Below, one piece after another: positions 13,201 to 28,256 of a DNA stretch of 60,000 nt; positions within the stretch are counted from its first letter, which is position 1; every line of letters begins with the position of its first letter. The translations under genes and the position numbers were made by a program. The DNA comes from Schmidtea polychroa. Its lineage: Eukaryota. The stretch spans positions 15,936,001 to 15,996,000 of the forward strand of contig CM097885.1 of assembly GCA_044892525.1 (NCBI GenBank), given 5' to 3'. Below the pieces are notes generated by a model that saw nothing but the letters and a program-made list of their open reading frames with translations, was not told the DNA's origin and did no database searches.

Positions 13201-15764
13201 TTGGTCACCATCAACTAAAGGTGGAACTTTCACAAAAACTGAAAAAGCACACACTTTAATGAAACAACCACAACTCCTTTGCTCTACGCATTGCAATATC
13301 AGTCTGAACCCTTTGAAGGAATTAATCTCCCTACGGAAGATGTCCGTGTCTGGTACTCTCGATTCGAAAATATATCGTTATCACTAAGTTTAATTCTTCT
13401 TTGCTTGTTCTTTCTAGATTATCTCTTTTCGTTTCTTCGACCTACTGGCGTTTCTGTTTACTTGCAGGTCGCCTTTAAACCCTTCGGGTAATTTGATTGT
13501 CCTTGGCAAATTATTTTGGATCCATTTTTAACGGTGATTGGAAGTCGAATTTTATGAATCAGAGTGAAGGGAAATTTGCAATAGTTGGGGAAAATCGAAC
13601 ATAATATTCCAAATACAAATTTATCCTGCATAGTGAAGTGAAATGAGGTATGACATAGAATGGAACCAGATGAGTCAGTAGATAATAGGTTTCAAATAAA
13701 ATCCAGTACTTCGTTATGTCGGCTAATGCAATTAATATCAGTGAAATCGTACTAATTCCAAACGAAGATCGAATATTGCTCCTGCCGGGCTGGAAACCGA
13801 GGTAATCAAAAAACTTTTGTAAATTTAAATTTTCCATAAATTAATTAAAGATAACCCTGTATTAACATAAATTGAGGTAATCAACCAAATGTAAGGAAAA
13901 TAAAGAATAAAATAGAGGAAAAATAATAGAATAAATCAAAAATTAAAACAAGTCACTAAAATAAAATAAATAATAAACAAGTCGCAAACAGACAAAAGTA
14001 CATAACCATATCCGACAAGCAAAGAAAAAATAATTAGAAAGAATAAAAATAAATACCAGAAAAACAAAATATTACTAAACGAATAAATTATAATCAAAAA
14101 ACAAAGAATAAAATACTAAATCAGGATCCAATAAAAAGCAGGAGAAAATGTGAAAATTAAATTATTTAATAAATTATCAAAAGAAAAAGATAAATAACCT
14201 GGAAAAAGAACTTAAAAATAAGAAAAAACACAACTTCACACAACAGCTGGATCCTGATTAGACAAAAATTACTATATAACGAAAACACTTTATTGATTCC
14301 CTCAGTTCTAACAAACTTCATACAGGAACCAATTCAGCATCACTCTCATTGATCTATTACTTGATTCTTATATTATATCGCAGCAAATTTTCAGAATTTT
14401 TATCAATCAGACAGGAAAAGAGAAATGTAAATTTTCGTTTATTATTTATGTACAAGTAGCATTATAATTTATTTGGATAAATATTATGATAGTTTTTAAA
14501 TGTCTCACTTTTATCTTCACAATACGAATTTTTATGTTGAGATCCAGCGATGACACCGTTCTACGATTATGAGGGTTAGAATGCGAAAAGCCGAACCGGA
14601 ATGACTGAGGAAAATTAAGAGCATACATTGATTCCACCAGTGAGGAGAAGAGGAGAATGCATAAGTAGGAGAGAGAAATTCGGAAGGATTATATTGAGTC
14701 ACAGGATTCACGTCAAATAGAAATCAAGGACAGATAATATCGAGGCTGGTAGGAGATTGCAGATTGCAGATCGGCAAGCTAAGGAATTACTCCACAAATG
14801 CGATGAGATAGGAATTGATTGTACGAATTACGACAACTTGGGAATGGAATCATTAGAGGAAACGGAGTATGAGATGTATGGGTAGGTTGAGTAGCAATGG
14901 TCGACAAATGAGGAATGAATTGTTATTGAGGTAGGAAGGAGTGTGAGGTATAATTTCCATTCTGAGAAGGGTGTAATCGCTGAATTCTAGAGTCGATTCG
15001 ATTTATTTTAATTATTCCTGAATTTGAGAGTTGATTGAATTTATTATGATTATTCATCTATAAAGATATAGTATGACCCGTTTCTGAGGGTCGTTTGGCA
15101 ATTGCTGACACTTGTGTCGGTAGTTACCAGATGATTTTCACAGATGGCGAAAATGACCAAATCGTGTAAATAGAGTTGATTTTTCGTTGAGTGGTAACTC
15201 TCCACGGTAGTAATGGGCTCAATTCGCGGATTCGAATAAGAATAAATACTTCTACCTTTCAACCGGCTACTACGAAAATTAGTCCCGTAATTGAAATCAC
15301 AATACCGTTATCACATTCGATTTTCTGTTATAGGCACTTATATGAACCTAACATCAGTTGAGAAAGCTTTGACATTTCCATCAGTGAATGCCACTTTTAA
15401 GCGTTTGATTTCTTTCACTTCGATAGGTCAAGTTTCTTCGACAGTCCGTTAGCATCAACAATTGCGAGAATTTCACGGTGATAGAATAGGCATTGGAATC
15501 CTTATCTGTAGGACAACATCCGGTGTACACAACACTCCACAAAATTTCACCTTGGCAGACTTGTAGGATCTAAGTTTCTTGCTATCATAAACATTCATAA
15601 ACAGGAAGTCGACAATTCGTCTCGATAAATCTGACACACATAAACAATCAAAGTGAAGTTACGAGACATGACAGACAAATAGTCGAACCCAAGAATTCCT
15701 ACTGAAACGGCTGCTTTGAATTAATCATAAACCCATCAGGTTAGTTTACTTTAATTGTCTAAGG

Positions 15765-15894
15765 CAAGGGTGGCCAACAATTGCATTACATACCCATTAT
15801 TCCCCCTTAGACTACCCCTATGACAATAAGTCGATATCGACACACTCTTAAGAAAAAAATTAGATCTTTTATACAGAAAAGCTGGACACCGCTG
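15765..15894. mobile_element. Small hAT-like MITE
   Basis: Imperfect TIR CAAGGGTGGCCAAC/GCTGGACACCGCTG; flanks gtctaagg/gtttaagt (6 of 8 match). Confidence 0.45.
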
Positions 15895-16352
15895 GTTTAA
15901 GTGATTTACTACGACCGCAGTACATGTCAAGTATATAAATATAACATAAACATGCAATTTCACAAGATCGACAAATAAATTGACTAAATTAATTAAAGTA
16001 AATGCGTGAGAAAAATGTTTTTCGTTATTAAAACATATCGAGATGAGAAAGAATAGTCACAAACATCATAAAGGTGTGTCGACGTTTTATCCAAGGGAAG
16101 AAACTGCCCAAAATTTTCTTACACCGTTTTTGTTTTCGAAGTAATTAAAATTTCTGTCCACGGACCCCTTGTCCAAATTCCACCTTGGCAGACTTGTAGG
16201 ACATTGTAGTCGGCTTCCCATCGTAAAATTTGGTCCCCAAAAGCAACTTCCGAGATTTTTTAAATTAAATTTTAATGGATTTTTAAATTTTTTTAAAATA
16301 AATGAATTGAAATAAATTTCTTTAATTTGAATCTGTTTACTATTTCATAAAT

Positions 16353-16378
16353 GGTGCAGCACCGGGTACCCCAGCTAG
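16353..16378 (+). mobile_element. Possible Helitron 3' terminus
   Basis: GC hairpin GGTGC-A-GCACC followed by CTAG then T; no 5' end identified. Confidence 0.35.
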
Positions 16379-17138
16379 TAATTAATATAATATGTTTGAT
16401 GGGCCTGCATTGAATGTATAAAGTTGCCAGCAATGCTTATATTTTGAACGACGATAATTTAAACAAAAAGAAAATCCCATAAATTTAAAGATATATTTAT
16501 GACATGTTAAAAGCTTTAGTTAATTTAAATATAAAATTATTTCAATCAATTGTTACAGTCGGAATTCGGTTCAACAATATCAAAAAGAATAAAGTGCAGA
16601 CGGTACAAACGCGTGTCACTATCTTATCATTTTACGCCTTTATTGACACTCCTGGCTAAGGAATTTATATTTGGGAAAAAGATGAAAGTATGAAACTATT
16701 TCTATTTTGGGACAGAATTTAGGAACCAAGTTGGTTTTAATATAATAATTATCCAGCAAAGGTGAAATAAAAGAACCTAGACAATTATAGGCAATGCGTG
16801 ACGTTAAACAAACAACAAATTAAAAATATTTACCATTTCAAAGACATTGGTTATTTCGAAATACAATTCATCATTTCTACTATCCTTTTCTTCGGTAATG
16901 GAGATCTCTTCAAACTGACCATCAAGGTCCAGCAATTCCTGAGGGGGTGCAGCATAATTCGGTACATCATCTGTCATAATAGAAAACGATTCAATTAATA
17001 AAAATATATTTACCTATTTATATAGCATAGTTGTAGTGGACTATTTCTGGCATTGTGACAAATTCAATGTTGAAATTCAATTCTTTGAGTTCCAATTTTA
17101 ATAGATCCTGGGGGATAAATAAAAAAAACAAAATATCA

Positions 17139-18443
<1,305 letters not shown>

Positions 18444-18461
18444 TGGTAGCAGAGCGTGGTT
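18444..18461 (+). other. Primer binding site, complementary to the initiator tRNA-Met 3' end
   Basis: TGGTAGCAGAGCGTGGTT; animal tRNAiMet ends ...CTCTGCTACCA. Confidence 0.8.
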
Positions 18462-18631
18462 CCGGCTAGCCAGCCGGAACAAGGTAATAGATGATTATAT
18501 AATGTATTTTTTGTATTTACGTGATTATTTTGTGAATTATTTTATGATTTTATATTTTATATTTATTTTATATTTTTATTGTTGAAACATTTCCCCTAGG
18601 GCCTGCCCTCCCTAACCCCATTAGAGGTGGA

Positions 18632-21600
18632 TTGGCGCGGGTATTTGTCAAAATAATAACAGGGAAGACAATTACTCTCGAAGTTGAATCTAGTGACACG
18701 ATAGAAAATGTTAATGCGAAAATACAAGATAAAGAGGGTAGTCCACCTGACCAGCAACGATTAATTTGCGCGGGAAAACCATTAGAAGATGAGCGAACAT
18801 TATCTGATTATAATATTCAAAAGGAGTCTACTTTGCGTTTAGTTTTGCGATTGAGGGGTGGAATGCAAATATTCGTGAAGACACTGACAGGAAAAACAAT
18901 AACTTTGGAAGTAGAATCAAGTGATACTATTGAGAATGTAAAGGCTAAAATTCAAGAAAAAGAAGGGATACCCCCAGGGCGACAAAGACTTAATTTTGCC
19001 GGGAAAGTATTAAAAGATGGCCTAACGTTGTTAGATTATAACGTTAGGAAAGAAGCCACGGTACATCTGGTTTTGGGGCTGGCAGGGGGAAGTCCAGTAT
19101 CAGATGCGGAGTTCGAGGCGGGGTACAAGAGACGAACCGGGTGGAAGATTTCGTTAGGGCGTCTACGTAACCGGGCCTTAGGAGATGGATCGGACCCTGG
19201 GGAAGATCAAAGGAGAATGGAGGCTTACGAAGATATGTATGAGGAAGTCATAAACGAATTGGAGGACCTGAGGAATAATGCTCGGGAGTTAGGGCGGGAG
19301 AAAGAAGAAAAGGAAATTGAGGCAGATCTGAAACGGTTAGAAGCGGATTTCAGCAGAATCGGCGATCTGGTCCTCACGCAGAAGGAAGAGAGTTTTAGAG
19401 TAGAGTCGCGGAAGGGCACAGAAAAATCATTTAGGAGCGAAGAGCCCAATGAGAAACAGAAGTGCATAATGGGTTTGAAACCCTTGCAGCTGCCGATCTT
19501 TAATGGAAAGGTAATAGAATATCCTGGATGGAGGGCAATTGTGAGAGCCTGCATCGAGGACACGGATGAGCCGAGTGAAAGAAAGTACTTGTACCTGAGA
19601 CAGTACTTGGAAGGGAAGCCGCTGCAATTAATTGCCTATATTGGATATGGCTCGCAGGCTTTCGAGGCGGCGATAAAATTACTTGATGAAAGGTATGGGG
19701 GACCAGAAAGATCCTATTCCATGATGCTGGATGCGGTGCAGAGGTTCTTCCCAGTGAGGCTCAACGTCTTGGAGGACCTAGAGCGGTTTGAAGAGCTGCT
19801 AGGAAACCTCATCCTGAATTTCAAGGATCAGAAGAGGGAAGGCGAGTTAAACAACGGGATGTTGTATCACCAACTGCTGAAGAAGCTGCCAGAGACCATG
19901 CTGATTCAGTGGTCACGCCATTGTGATTCGGGGAGAGAGGGAAATGTGCAAACGCTAGCCGAGTGGATCAAAACGGAAGCTAATAGGCATCGGCAAGCAA
20001 TGAGCATTCTGTTTGGAGAAGGGCGGGCAAAAGGTAGAACTGTCGCCCCAACAACTAACTTCGGAAATGCGAATAGGGGCACGAAGTTAACGGATAGTAG
20101 GCGCAAGATAGAGGTTAGCAGTGCTCGAAAAAAGGAACCAATTTGTGTGAAATGTGGTTCAGAACATTATTTAAATCAATGCTCAGAGTTCCTAAAGCTG
20201 ACTGTTAAGGAACGAAATGAGTTTGTGACCAAGAAGCGGCTTTGTTACAATTGTCTTACAACAGCTCACATGGTTAGAGAATGCGAAAAACCGAGCTTTT
20301 GTAAGGACAGAGATTGTACTCGAAAGCATCACAATTTGCTCCATGGCTCAGAGAACAAAGTTGATGGAGATCAAGAGCCGAGCAATGAGAACACATCAAT
20401 GATGACGGTTCAAGATACACAGAGGAAGAAGATGTATGTTCCTTTACGAACGATTACAGCAAAGTTGATTAATAAAGGAAAGGCGGTCAACATCAACGCA
20501 TTGCTAGACGACGCTAGCAATGTTAGCTATATTAGCGATTGGGCGGCGCAAGAACTGGGGTTGGGAGGACAGTGGCAAAGCACTCCAGTTGGCGTGATTG
20601 GTGGACAATCACAAATGTTGGAAACGAAGCCCGTGACGCTATTATTGGCAAGCAACAATAACAATTTAAAGGTAAATTTGAACGTCCTGGTGGTAAAAAA
20701 GGTCACTGGAGACCTGGGAATGTGTAACTGGAGGAAGTTATCGGCGAAATGGAAGCATCTGCGATATATAAACTTCCCGGTTATGAATACAAGGACGCAG
20801 ATTGATGTATTGATTGGTTCTGATTACCCATATCTACATCGATCTATTTGCGAAGTAACAGGAGCAAAGCATGAACCAATTGCAAGGTTGACGCCCCTCG
20901 GATGGACATGTCTTGGTAGGATTGCAAGAAATCAAGCTCCAAGATGTTCGCATTTGGCTCAGAGTTATTTTGCGGTAACGGAAATGTTAAACGACGGAGA
21001 AATGATTATTCATGATGTAGATAATTCTGAAGAAATGGATTATATTAAAGAATGGGATAAAAACGATGAAACACATGAAAACAAAAAGGCTAGCGAAGAT
21101 GGAGATAGGGAAAGCAATGAATGTGAGAATTTACAATCTAGCGATATTATAAATCAAGATGGAATAGAGCAAAATCGAGTCAATGAGAACGAGAATAATT
21201 ATTCTGAATTTGTAAAAAGTAATACTGAACTATTAGGCAAAGCTTTTGATAAAGGAGACCAAGTTACAGCAGATGAGTTAGAAAATATTGTCAAAAGTCA
21301 CAATCAAGAAGAAAATTTTGAAAGTAAATATGATGAAACTGAAGTAGATGTGTCAGACAAGAATGAAAATTATAATAGTCATGTAGGCACAGAGGTTGTC
21401 GACATTAATGTTATCGAAAGACCGAATTCTTTGGTAGAAGATAATTTTCAAAACATGGAAGACGTAGTTAATGTTCAAACGGATTCTGCTTCTTCAGAAA
21501 ATCATTTAGAAACTGATCGAATTATGCCAGATTCTGAGAGCAATGACAGTGATCTTAGAGTCGATATTGGTAAAGATCATACATCCGACACAGCTAAAGA

Positions 21601-21925
21601 TTCTGAACAAAATACATTCACTCAACCAACGTCTGCTTTAGATGATATCATTGAAGACTATTCACCTGGTTCCCCTTTATTAAATGAGATGCAACAGGGA
21701 AAAGTGGGGACTATTGAATTGGTGAAACATGCAGGAAGGATAATGGAGATATTGCAGCGAAACAGAATGAAAAGTGGCAGGGGCTTGGTCGAGTATGGCG
21801 ATGGTGGGAGGAGAATCCACCATGATGTATCCAGAAAAGTGCGTGGTGCGGTGGCCTTTACCATAGCAAGATGGGTGTGTGAGGGGTATTGGAGAGAGGC
21901 AAAAGGAAAGGTTCCCCTGAAGTAA
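18632..21925 (+). CDS. Ubiquitin-ubiquitin-BEL/Pao Gag-aspartic protease-acidic tail polyprotein
   Basis: Two ubiquitin units ending LRLRGG and [14 protein letters not shown]...[11 protein letters not shown]ag core; [27 protein letters not shown] knuckles; ALLDDAS and DVLIGSDY protease motifs; uninterrupted 1097 codons; first ATG at 18863. Confidence 0.9.
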   Translation: MARVFVKIITGKTITLEVESSDTIENVNAKIQDKEGSPPDQQRLICAGKPLEDERTLSDYNIQKESTLRLVLRLRGGMQIFVKTLTGKTITLEVESSDTIENVKAKIQEKEGIPPGRQRLNFAGKVLKDGLTLLDYNVRKEATVHLVLGLAGGSPVSDAEFEAGYKRRTGWKISLGRLRNRALGDGSDPGEDQRRMEAYEDMYEEVINELEDLRNNARELGREKEEKEIEADLKRLEADFSRIGDLVLTQKEESFRVESRKGTEKSFRSEEPNEKQKCIMGLKPLQLPIFNGKVIEYPGWRAIVRACIEDTDEPSERKYLYLRQYLEGKPLQLIAYIGYGSQAFEAAIKLLDERYGGPERSYSMMLDAVQRFFPVRLNVLEDLERFEELLGNLILNFKDQKREGELNNGMLYHQLLKKLPETMLIQWSRHCDSGREGNVQTLAEWIKTEANRHRQAMSILFGEGRAKGRTVAPTTNFGNANRGTKLTDSRRKIEVSSARKKEPICVKCGSEHYLNQCSEFLKLTVKERNEFVTKKRLCYNCLTTAHMVRECEKPSFCKDRDCTRKHHNLLHGSENKVDGDQEPSNENTSMMTVQDTQRKKMYVPLRTITAKLINKGKAVNINALLDDASNVSYISDWAAQELGLGGQWQSTPVGVIGGQSQMLETKPVTLLLASNNNNLKVNLNVLVVKKVTGDLGMCNWRKLSAKWKHLRYINFPVMNTRTQIDVLIGSDYPYLHRSICEVTGAKHEPIARLTPLGWTCLGRIARNQAPRCSHLAQSYFAVTEMLNDGEMIIHDVDNSEEMDYIKEWDKNDETHENKKASEDGDRESNECENLQSSDIINQDGIEQNRVNENENNYSEFVKSNTELLGKAFDKGDQVTADELENIVKSHNQEENFESKYDETEVDVSDKNENYNSHVGTEVVDINVIERPNSLVEDNFQNMEDVVNVQTDSASSENHLETDRIMPDSESNDSDLRVDIGKDHTSDTAKDSEQNTFTQPTSALDDIIEDYSPGSPLLNEMQQGKVGTIELVKHAGRIMEILQRNRMKSGRGLVEYGDGGRRIHHDVSRKVRGAVAFTIARWVCEGYWREAKGKVPLK

Positions 21926-21953
21926 TTGGGTGGTTGATCCGCTAGAAGGGATC

Positions 21954-21967
21954 AAGGAGGGGGGAAA
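21954..21967 (+). other. Polypurine tract
   Basis: AAGGAGGGGGGAAA abutting the 3' LTR TG. Confidence 0.9.
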
Positions 21968-23078
<1,111 letters not shown>

Positions 23079-23702
23079 GATACAATAATATGAGTTATTT
23101 CATTTTATTCATATTTGTTTGTGTGCTAAATTTCATCTTTTTACAAAAACATTTTCTCAATAATAAACTATTGTTTAGATTATATTATATGAAAGCGAAA
23201 CAATTTTTTATTTCTCTTTCATCTGTAACAATAAAGTTAATTTCGACCAAATTATATTAATTATTAATTAAAATTATTTTTTTCAATTTATTTAATTTGT
23301 TCTTTCCATTTGCTATACTCATGGCCTCGATAATGTAAGTTGATGTGATAAAGCTGTATTTATCTTATTAAATTTGCATTCATTTAAACAAACTACCTGA
23401 TGAGACATAAAATGGACAAAATCATTGTACTAAGTACTAGTCCAGCTTGCTGGAATGCTTTAGGCAATGCCAAAGCTCTAGAGCCAACGATGAGATTGAA
23501 TACAAAGATGCATCCGGTCTGTAACAGAAAGAAAACTCTTCATAAAACCAAAAATAAATGATGCGTAACAAACCCATCTGGAATAAGTGGCTGTCGGCAT
23601 TTCAATTTATTTTTATTTCGAATATTAATCTAGTCTAAAAAATAAATTTTTGTAAAGTCTTCATTAATAAAATCCTGCTGATTTATATGAACTTTCTCCG
23701 TT

Positions 23703-23942
23703 AAATTTGATGATTTAAACAAAACGGGTAATATAATGATTTAATAAAATTAATTATCTTTTAATAAATAAAATGCAATAATTTGATTAAATAAAATTAG
23801 TTCTCTATTTCTATATATTTTCAAATTTGATGATTTAAACAAAACGGGTAATATAATGATTTAATAAAATTAATGATCTTTTAATAAATAAAATGCAATA
23901 ATTTGATTAAATAAAATTAGTTCTTTATTTCTATATATTTTC
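23703..23942. repeat. 120-bp tandem duplication (2 copies)
   Basis: aaatttgatgatttaaacaaaacggg...ctatatattttc repeated with a 120-bp offset. Confidence 0.9.
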
Positions 23943-24379
23943 AATTATTTATGAAATTACATAAGTGTTAATTTATTAAATTAAATGGAAGTAAAAAATA
24001 TTTTCTGTTTTAAATTAATTTTAAAATATTAAAAAAAAAGAAATCGAAAATTGTTAATCTGTTGTGGAGAAAATAAAATATTTTACGGATAAATAAAATA
24101 GAATAATTAATAAAATAAAATAAGAAAAAATAAATTCTTCATTATTTTCGATATTTTTATTTTTACGATATATTAATTAATAATAAAAATATTTTTTTTC
24201 AGTTTATAAAAATATATTTATTTTTGTAAGAACTTTTTCCAATTTCACCACTGATTATTTTTCCGTTGATTTTATTAAAAAGAGAGCTTGAAGACTATAA
24301 ATCAGTAATATATCGATGTTTTTTGATATTCTCGAATTTTCGGCACTGTCTTTTTATGAATTTCTATATTATAGAATTA

Positions 24380-24775
24380 AAATCGTATTCTTTAACACAT
24401 GGGAAGACAATGAACAAAAGCATAAGAAAAGTAAATTATGCAAATTAACAAAATATGCTTAGAAATATTTTGAAAAATATACTTTATTACAGAAAATTAT
24501 TTTAATATCGGAAATCAACTGAATAGGAAATATACAGGAATATTTACAGAAAAACCCTCCAAACTCTAGAAAATTCGCAAATTAAATTTCCCAACTCAAA
24601 AAATTTCCCCAAATTTTTAAAGCTCCTAAAATTAATTTTCGCAAAAAATAACGTAATTTTATATATGGTAAAAATTAGCTTGTAAATTTTTTTTTAAAAT
24701 ATTACTTTATTATAGGAAAACAACCGTATAGGAAATATACAAGATTACTACAAGAAAAATTTTCCCAACTCAAAT
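24380..24775. repeat. Dispersed repeat, second copy at about 55730-56125
   Basis: ttaacacatgggaa...ttcccaactcaaatt shared. Confidence 0.85.
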
Positions 24776-25655
24776 TTTATAATTTTTTTATGTAAAAATT
24801 TTTAAATATAGATTTCACCACAAAACATGTTGTGTACATTTATTAAAAAAATACAAAGAGCAAATAATTCAACAACAATTGAATTTCAATTGGTTAATAC
24901 TAGAGAATTTCAGACTATTAATTCCAGAAAATATCTGAATGTGAATTAAATAAATATTTTTTGACTGTTCACGACAGCGTCAGACTTGCATTTTGCTGGT
25001 TTATTTTTGGGTTCAGCATTATGTTATGCAAGCTTAGGTTTCGGATTGAATTTTATTGGTTAACAAGGAAATATTATTCGACCTATCAATTTTATCGTCA
25101 ATGGTAATAAATAAAAAAATTACGGCATTAATTTCTCCCAGAATGGTGTTCTTGTTCCCGTGTTGAGAAATAAAAATTGGATTAAAAAATATAATTTACA
25201 AATTCAAATAAAATCAAATCAAAATCTGTAAATTCAAAACTAACAAATACAAATATATGATAACACAACATAAAGGAATATAAAATTTTTTCAATATTCC
25301 AGAATTTCCTAGACCAAGAGACATTTTTTGGACCAAACCTTATCAATCCGTATCAATTACAGTAATTGAAACAAAAACTTAATAATAAATTAAAATTTTA
25401 TATAAATTATACAATTTTTAATTGAATAAATTAAAAAAACAATTTAAAAATAAAAATTATGAATAAAAAATATATAAAACACATCAAATCAAAATAGCCT
25501 AAAGGTACAAAATGTTTTTATAAAAAGTTTTTAAAAATAGTTTTTATATAGTAAATGGCGCCTATGGCAAACACCGATCTTGCGCCCCTACTTACTTTTT
25601 ATTTTCTAAAAAACTAATTTAGAATTGGGTAAAAAAAGCACATAAGTTAAACCTA

Positions 25656-26745
25656 CAGTTGGGTATTTTCCGAGAAAATCACATTCTCGAGATTCGGGAT
25701 TTCCCGAAGCAAATTCTATAGAATTCTCGAGAAGTCGAGAAAATTTAAAAAACCTATAAAAAATTCTAAAATCAATGTAAAATAAAGAAATTCGAAAAAA
25801 ATATGTTTTTTATTTAAGTAAGAAGTAGTAAACAATTAATTAAAGCAATTAAAGTCATAAACAAAACAGAAGTAAAACAAAAATAGTTCAAAACATTATT
25901 AAAATAGAATAGAGTATTAAAACAAAATTAATTCAAAAATATTATTTACTAAAATAAAATTTCAGAAAACATAGACTGTCAATGGCTGCGTCTGCAATCG
26001 CGTACGCTTTTGCGAAACAAAAAAGTTGGCTTAATTGTATTAAAAGCCCAGATCAGTCTTTGAACATTTGTTGTTTTCTGTCCACTTTTTTCATATATAT
26101 TTAGTTCCTTTTTAAATATCGGAAAAAGTTCGTTTGACGCATGTTGCGCAATGTTTTCTTTTGGTTTTGAGCATTGCTGGACATAGTTTTCAAGTTGTTT
26201 CGCCATATCTTCTTCTTCAACGCTGTTGTTCACAATCACAGCATCATCGGCAGAATCAGAAACTGCTTGCTCTTCTTGAATGCTTGTAGAAAAAAGACGA
26301 AAGAGGTACGCTTTGGCAGATAAGAAAGATCTGCTAGTTTTCTTTTTAGGCTGGATAGAAACTCGTCGCATAATTCAGTGTGCTGATTCTCCAATTTTGT
26401 GAACAATAGTTTTAGAATAAAATTCGTTGCAAGTAAGTTCACATTTTGGCGGCTGAGAGCTTCGACAGCAACACGAATAAGTTTTAGAGCATTAATGATA
26501 TTCTCACAATGCTTTTCTTCTGCTACAGTAGTTGCCATAACCGTTAAATTGAGCGTGTCGAGTTCCTTACAAACGTGCTTGCTGATGCGAATGAACCTCG
26601 TCAGCATCGATTGAAGGCTGTTCCAACGTGTCTTACAATCCAATAGCAAGATAAGCTCTTTCTGCAAAAGCTCTTTTTGCAAAGTTAAAACTCTTACTCT
26701 GACTCCAAGCGTGTCTTTGACTAACCCACATATACCACTTGACAA
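25656..26745 (-). mobile_element. hAT transposon 3' fragment
   Basis: LLLDCKTRWNSLQSMLTRF and AVEALSRQNVNLL in minus ORFs; ctcgaga subterminal repeats. Confidence 0.8.
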
Positions 26746-27326
26746 CAGGAATCTTTATTGATGATCACAAATAATTTTCACTTTACTCTGACAATCAATT
26801 CAACACTCCGCTCAGTGACTATACAATACTTATTGAAACACTCAGTGAAGAATAACACTCGAGTAAAACACCGGATTAAAAGATCCTTAACTACTGATTG
26901 GTTTATCGCCTGGGGCTTTGAGTTGGTTGTTTTCTTTGAGATTCTTTGAATTTTTTTTATCATTATCTTTTCTTGTTTGTTTATTTATGATTCTTTCAGT
27001 TTGTTTCACGATTTTTTCTTCTTTCTGTTTTGTTTCTTGACATTTTGATTTTTGTGTCGCTTGTTTTTCTTACCAAAATTTAACCGTTAATTTTAAGGGC
27101 TAAAGGTCAGTGTCAATGTATACCTTGATGTAAATAAATAAATATTACAATATTTGTTTACTATTATCAAGATTTAACTACAAATGGATTAGCATGAATA
27201 ATAATTTTTCAACTTCCTATAATTTCGTAAACATTATATTTATTAAAAAACTTGACCTATTGTGGATAACTCATGGTGCATGTGATGGTGGATGTATAAT
27301 AAATATTAATAATAAATATTAATGAT

Positions 27327-28198
27327 TGTTTCAGCCGATTTTGGATGATTTTTTTTGTATCGCGTCTGTGTGCGCACACAGACGCGAGTAATAGGTAATT
27401 TATATTTTATATGTTATAAGTTATGTTTCTGTAGTAATAGATTTAAATCGATCTTTAATTTGTGGAATTTGGTTTTGATGGTTTGTTAATGGAAGAGCAG
27501 GAATCGTTTGTTTGAACTGGTAAATTGTGTAGAAATTTTGGATTTTTGTTTTTTAGTTGAAACATGGAAGAAAATGAAGGCCTGAAATGTCGTCTTCCAA
27601 TGAGCAATATAGCGAAGATTATTTTCTCACCTGAAGGGAGATCATTCCAAGTCGAATATGCATTTAAGGCAATTGCATTAGATGGATTGCTTTCCGTTGG
27701 TATTCGAGGCAATAATGGTGGTGTAGTAGCTACACAAAGAAAAGTTCCAGATAAAATGATTGAGAAGAGTTCAGCTACAAGATTGTTTAATATTACTGAA
27801 AGTACTGAATGGGTTATGACTGATATGATCCCTGATTGTCGATCTCAAACATGTCGTGCACAAATGGAAGCAGATCGATTTAAATATAAAAATGGATATG
27901 AAATGCCTTGTGACATAACATGTCGTTGTATCGCGGATATTAATCAGCTCTACACCCAATCGGCTGAGATGCGACCATTAGGTTTATCAATGATAGCATT
28001 ATCTTATGATATTGAAATGGATAAACCGTTATTATTCAAAACTGACTCCAGTGGCTTTGTAACTGGACATCGAGCTGTTGCAGTTGGTGGGAAGCAATTG
28101 GAGGCTAAAAGTTATTTGGAAAAGAAACTACGTAAAAATAGAGCGTGTGAAACTATCAAATACATAAAAATCTTTTTGACGTGTTTTAGACGAAAACA
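27327..28198 (+). mobile_element. Solo LTR related to the BEL/Pao LTRs, carrying a proteasome alpha cargo
   Basis: TGTTTC...GAAAACA termini; AATGAT duplicated on both sides; shared TCGCGTCTGTGTGCGC/GCACACAGACGCGA motif and similar leader; 872 bp versus 878 bp. Confidence 0.78.
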
Positions 28199-28256
28199 AA
28201 TGATAATAATAACAAATAATAATATTAATAATAATGATAATAATAACAAAAAATAA
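27564..28256 (+). CDS. Intronless, truncated 20S proteasome alpha subunit (alpha1/PSMA6-like) with a foreign N-terminus
   Basis: IFSPEGRSFQVEYAFKAI, TQRKVPDK, FKYKNGYEMP, IADINQLYTQSAEMRPLG, SYLEKK; C-terminal part missing. Confidence 0.85.
   Translation: MEENEGLKCRLPMSNIAKIIFSPEGRSFQVEYAFKAIALDGLLSVGIRGNNGGVVATQRKVPDKMIEKSSATRLFNITESTEWVMTDMIPDCRSQTCRAQMEADRFKYKNGYEMPCDITCRCIADINQLYTQSAEMRPLGLSMIALSYDIEMDKPLLFKTDSSGFVTGHRAVAVGGKQLEAKSYLEKKLRKNRACETIKYIKIFLTCFRRKQMIIITNNNINNNDNNNKK

Noticed and set aside
14448..15330. Possible solo LTR
   Set aside because: Could not define matching termini or a target-site duplication
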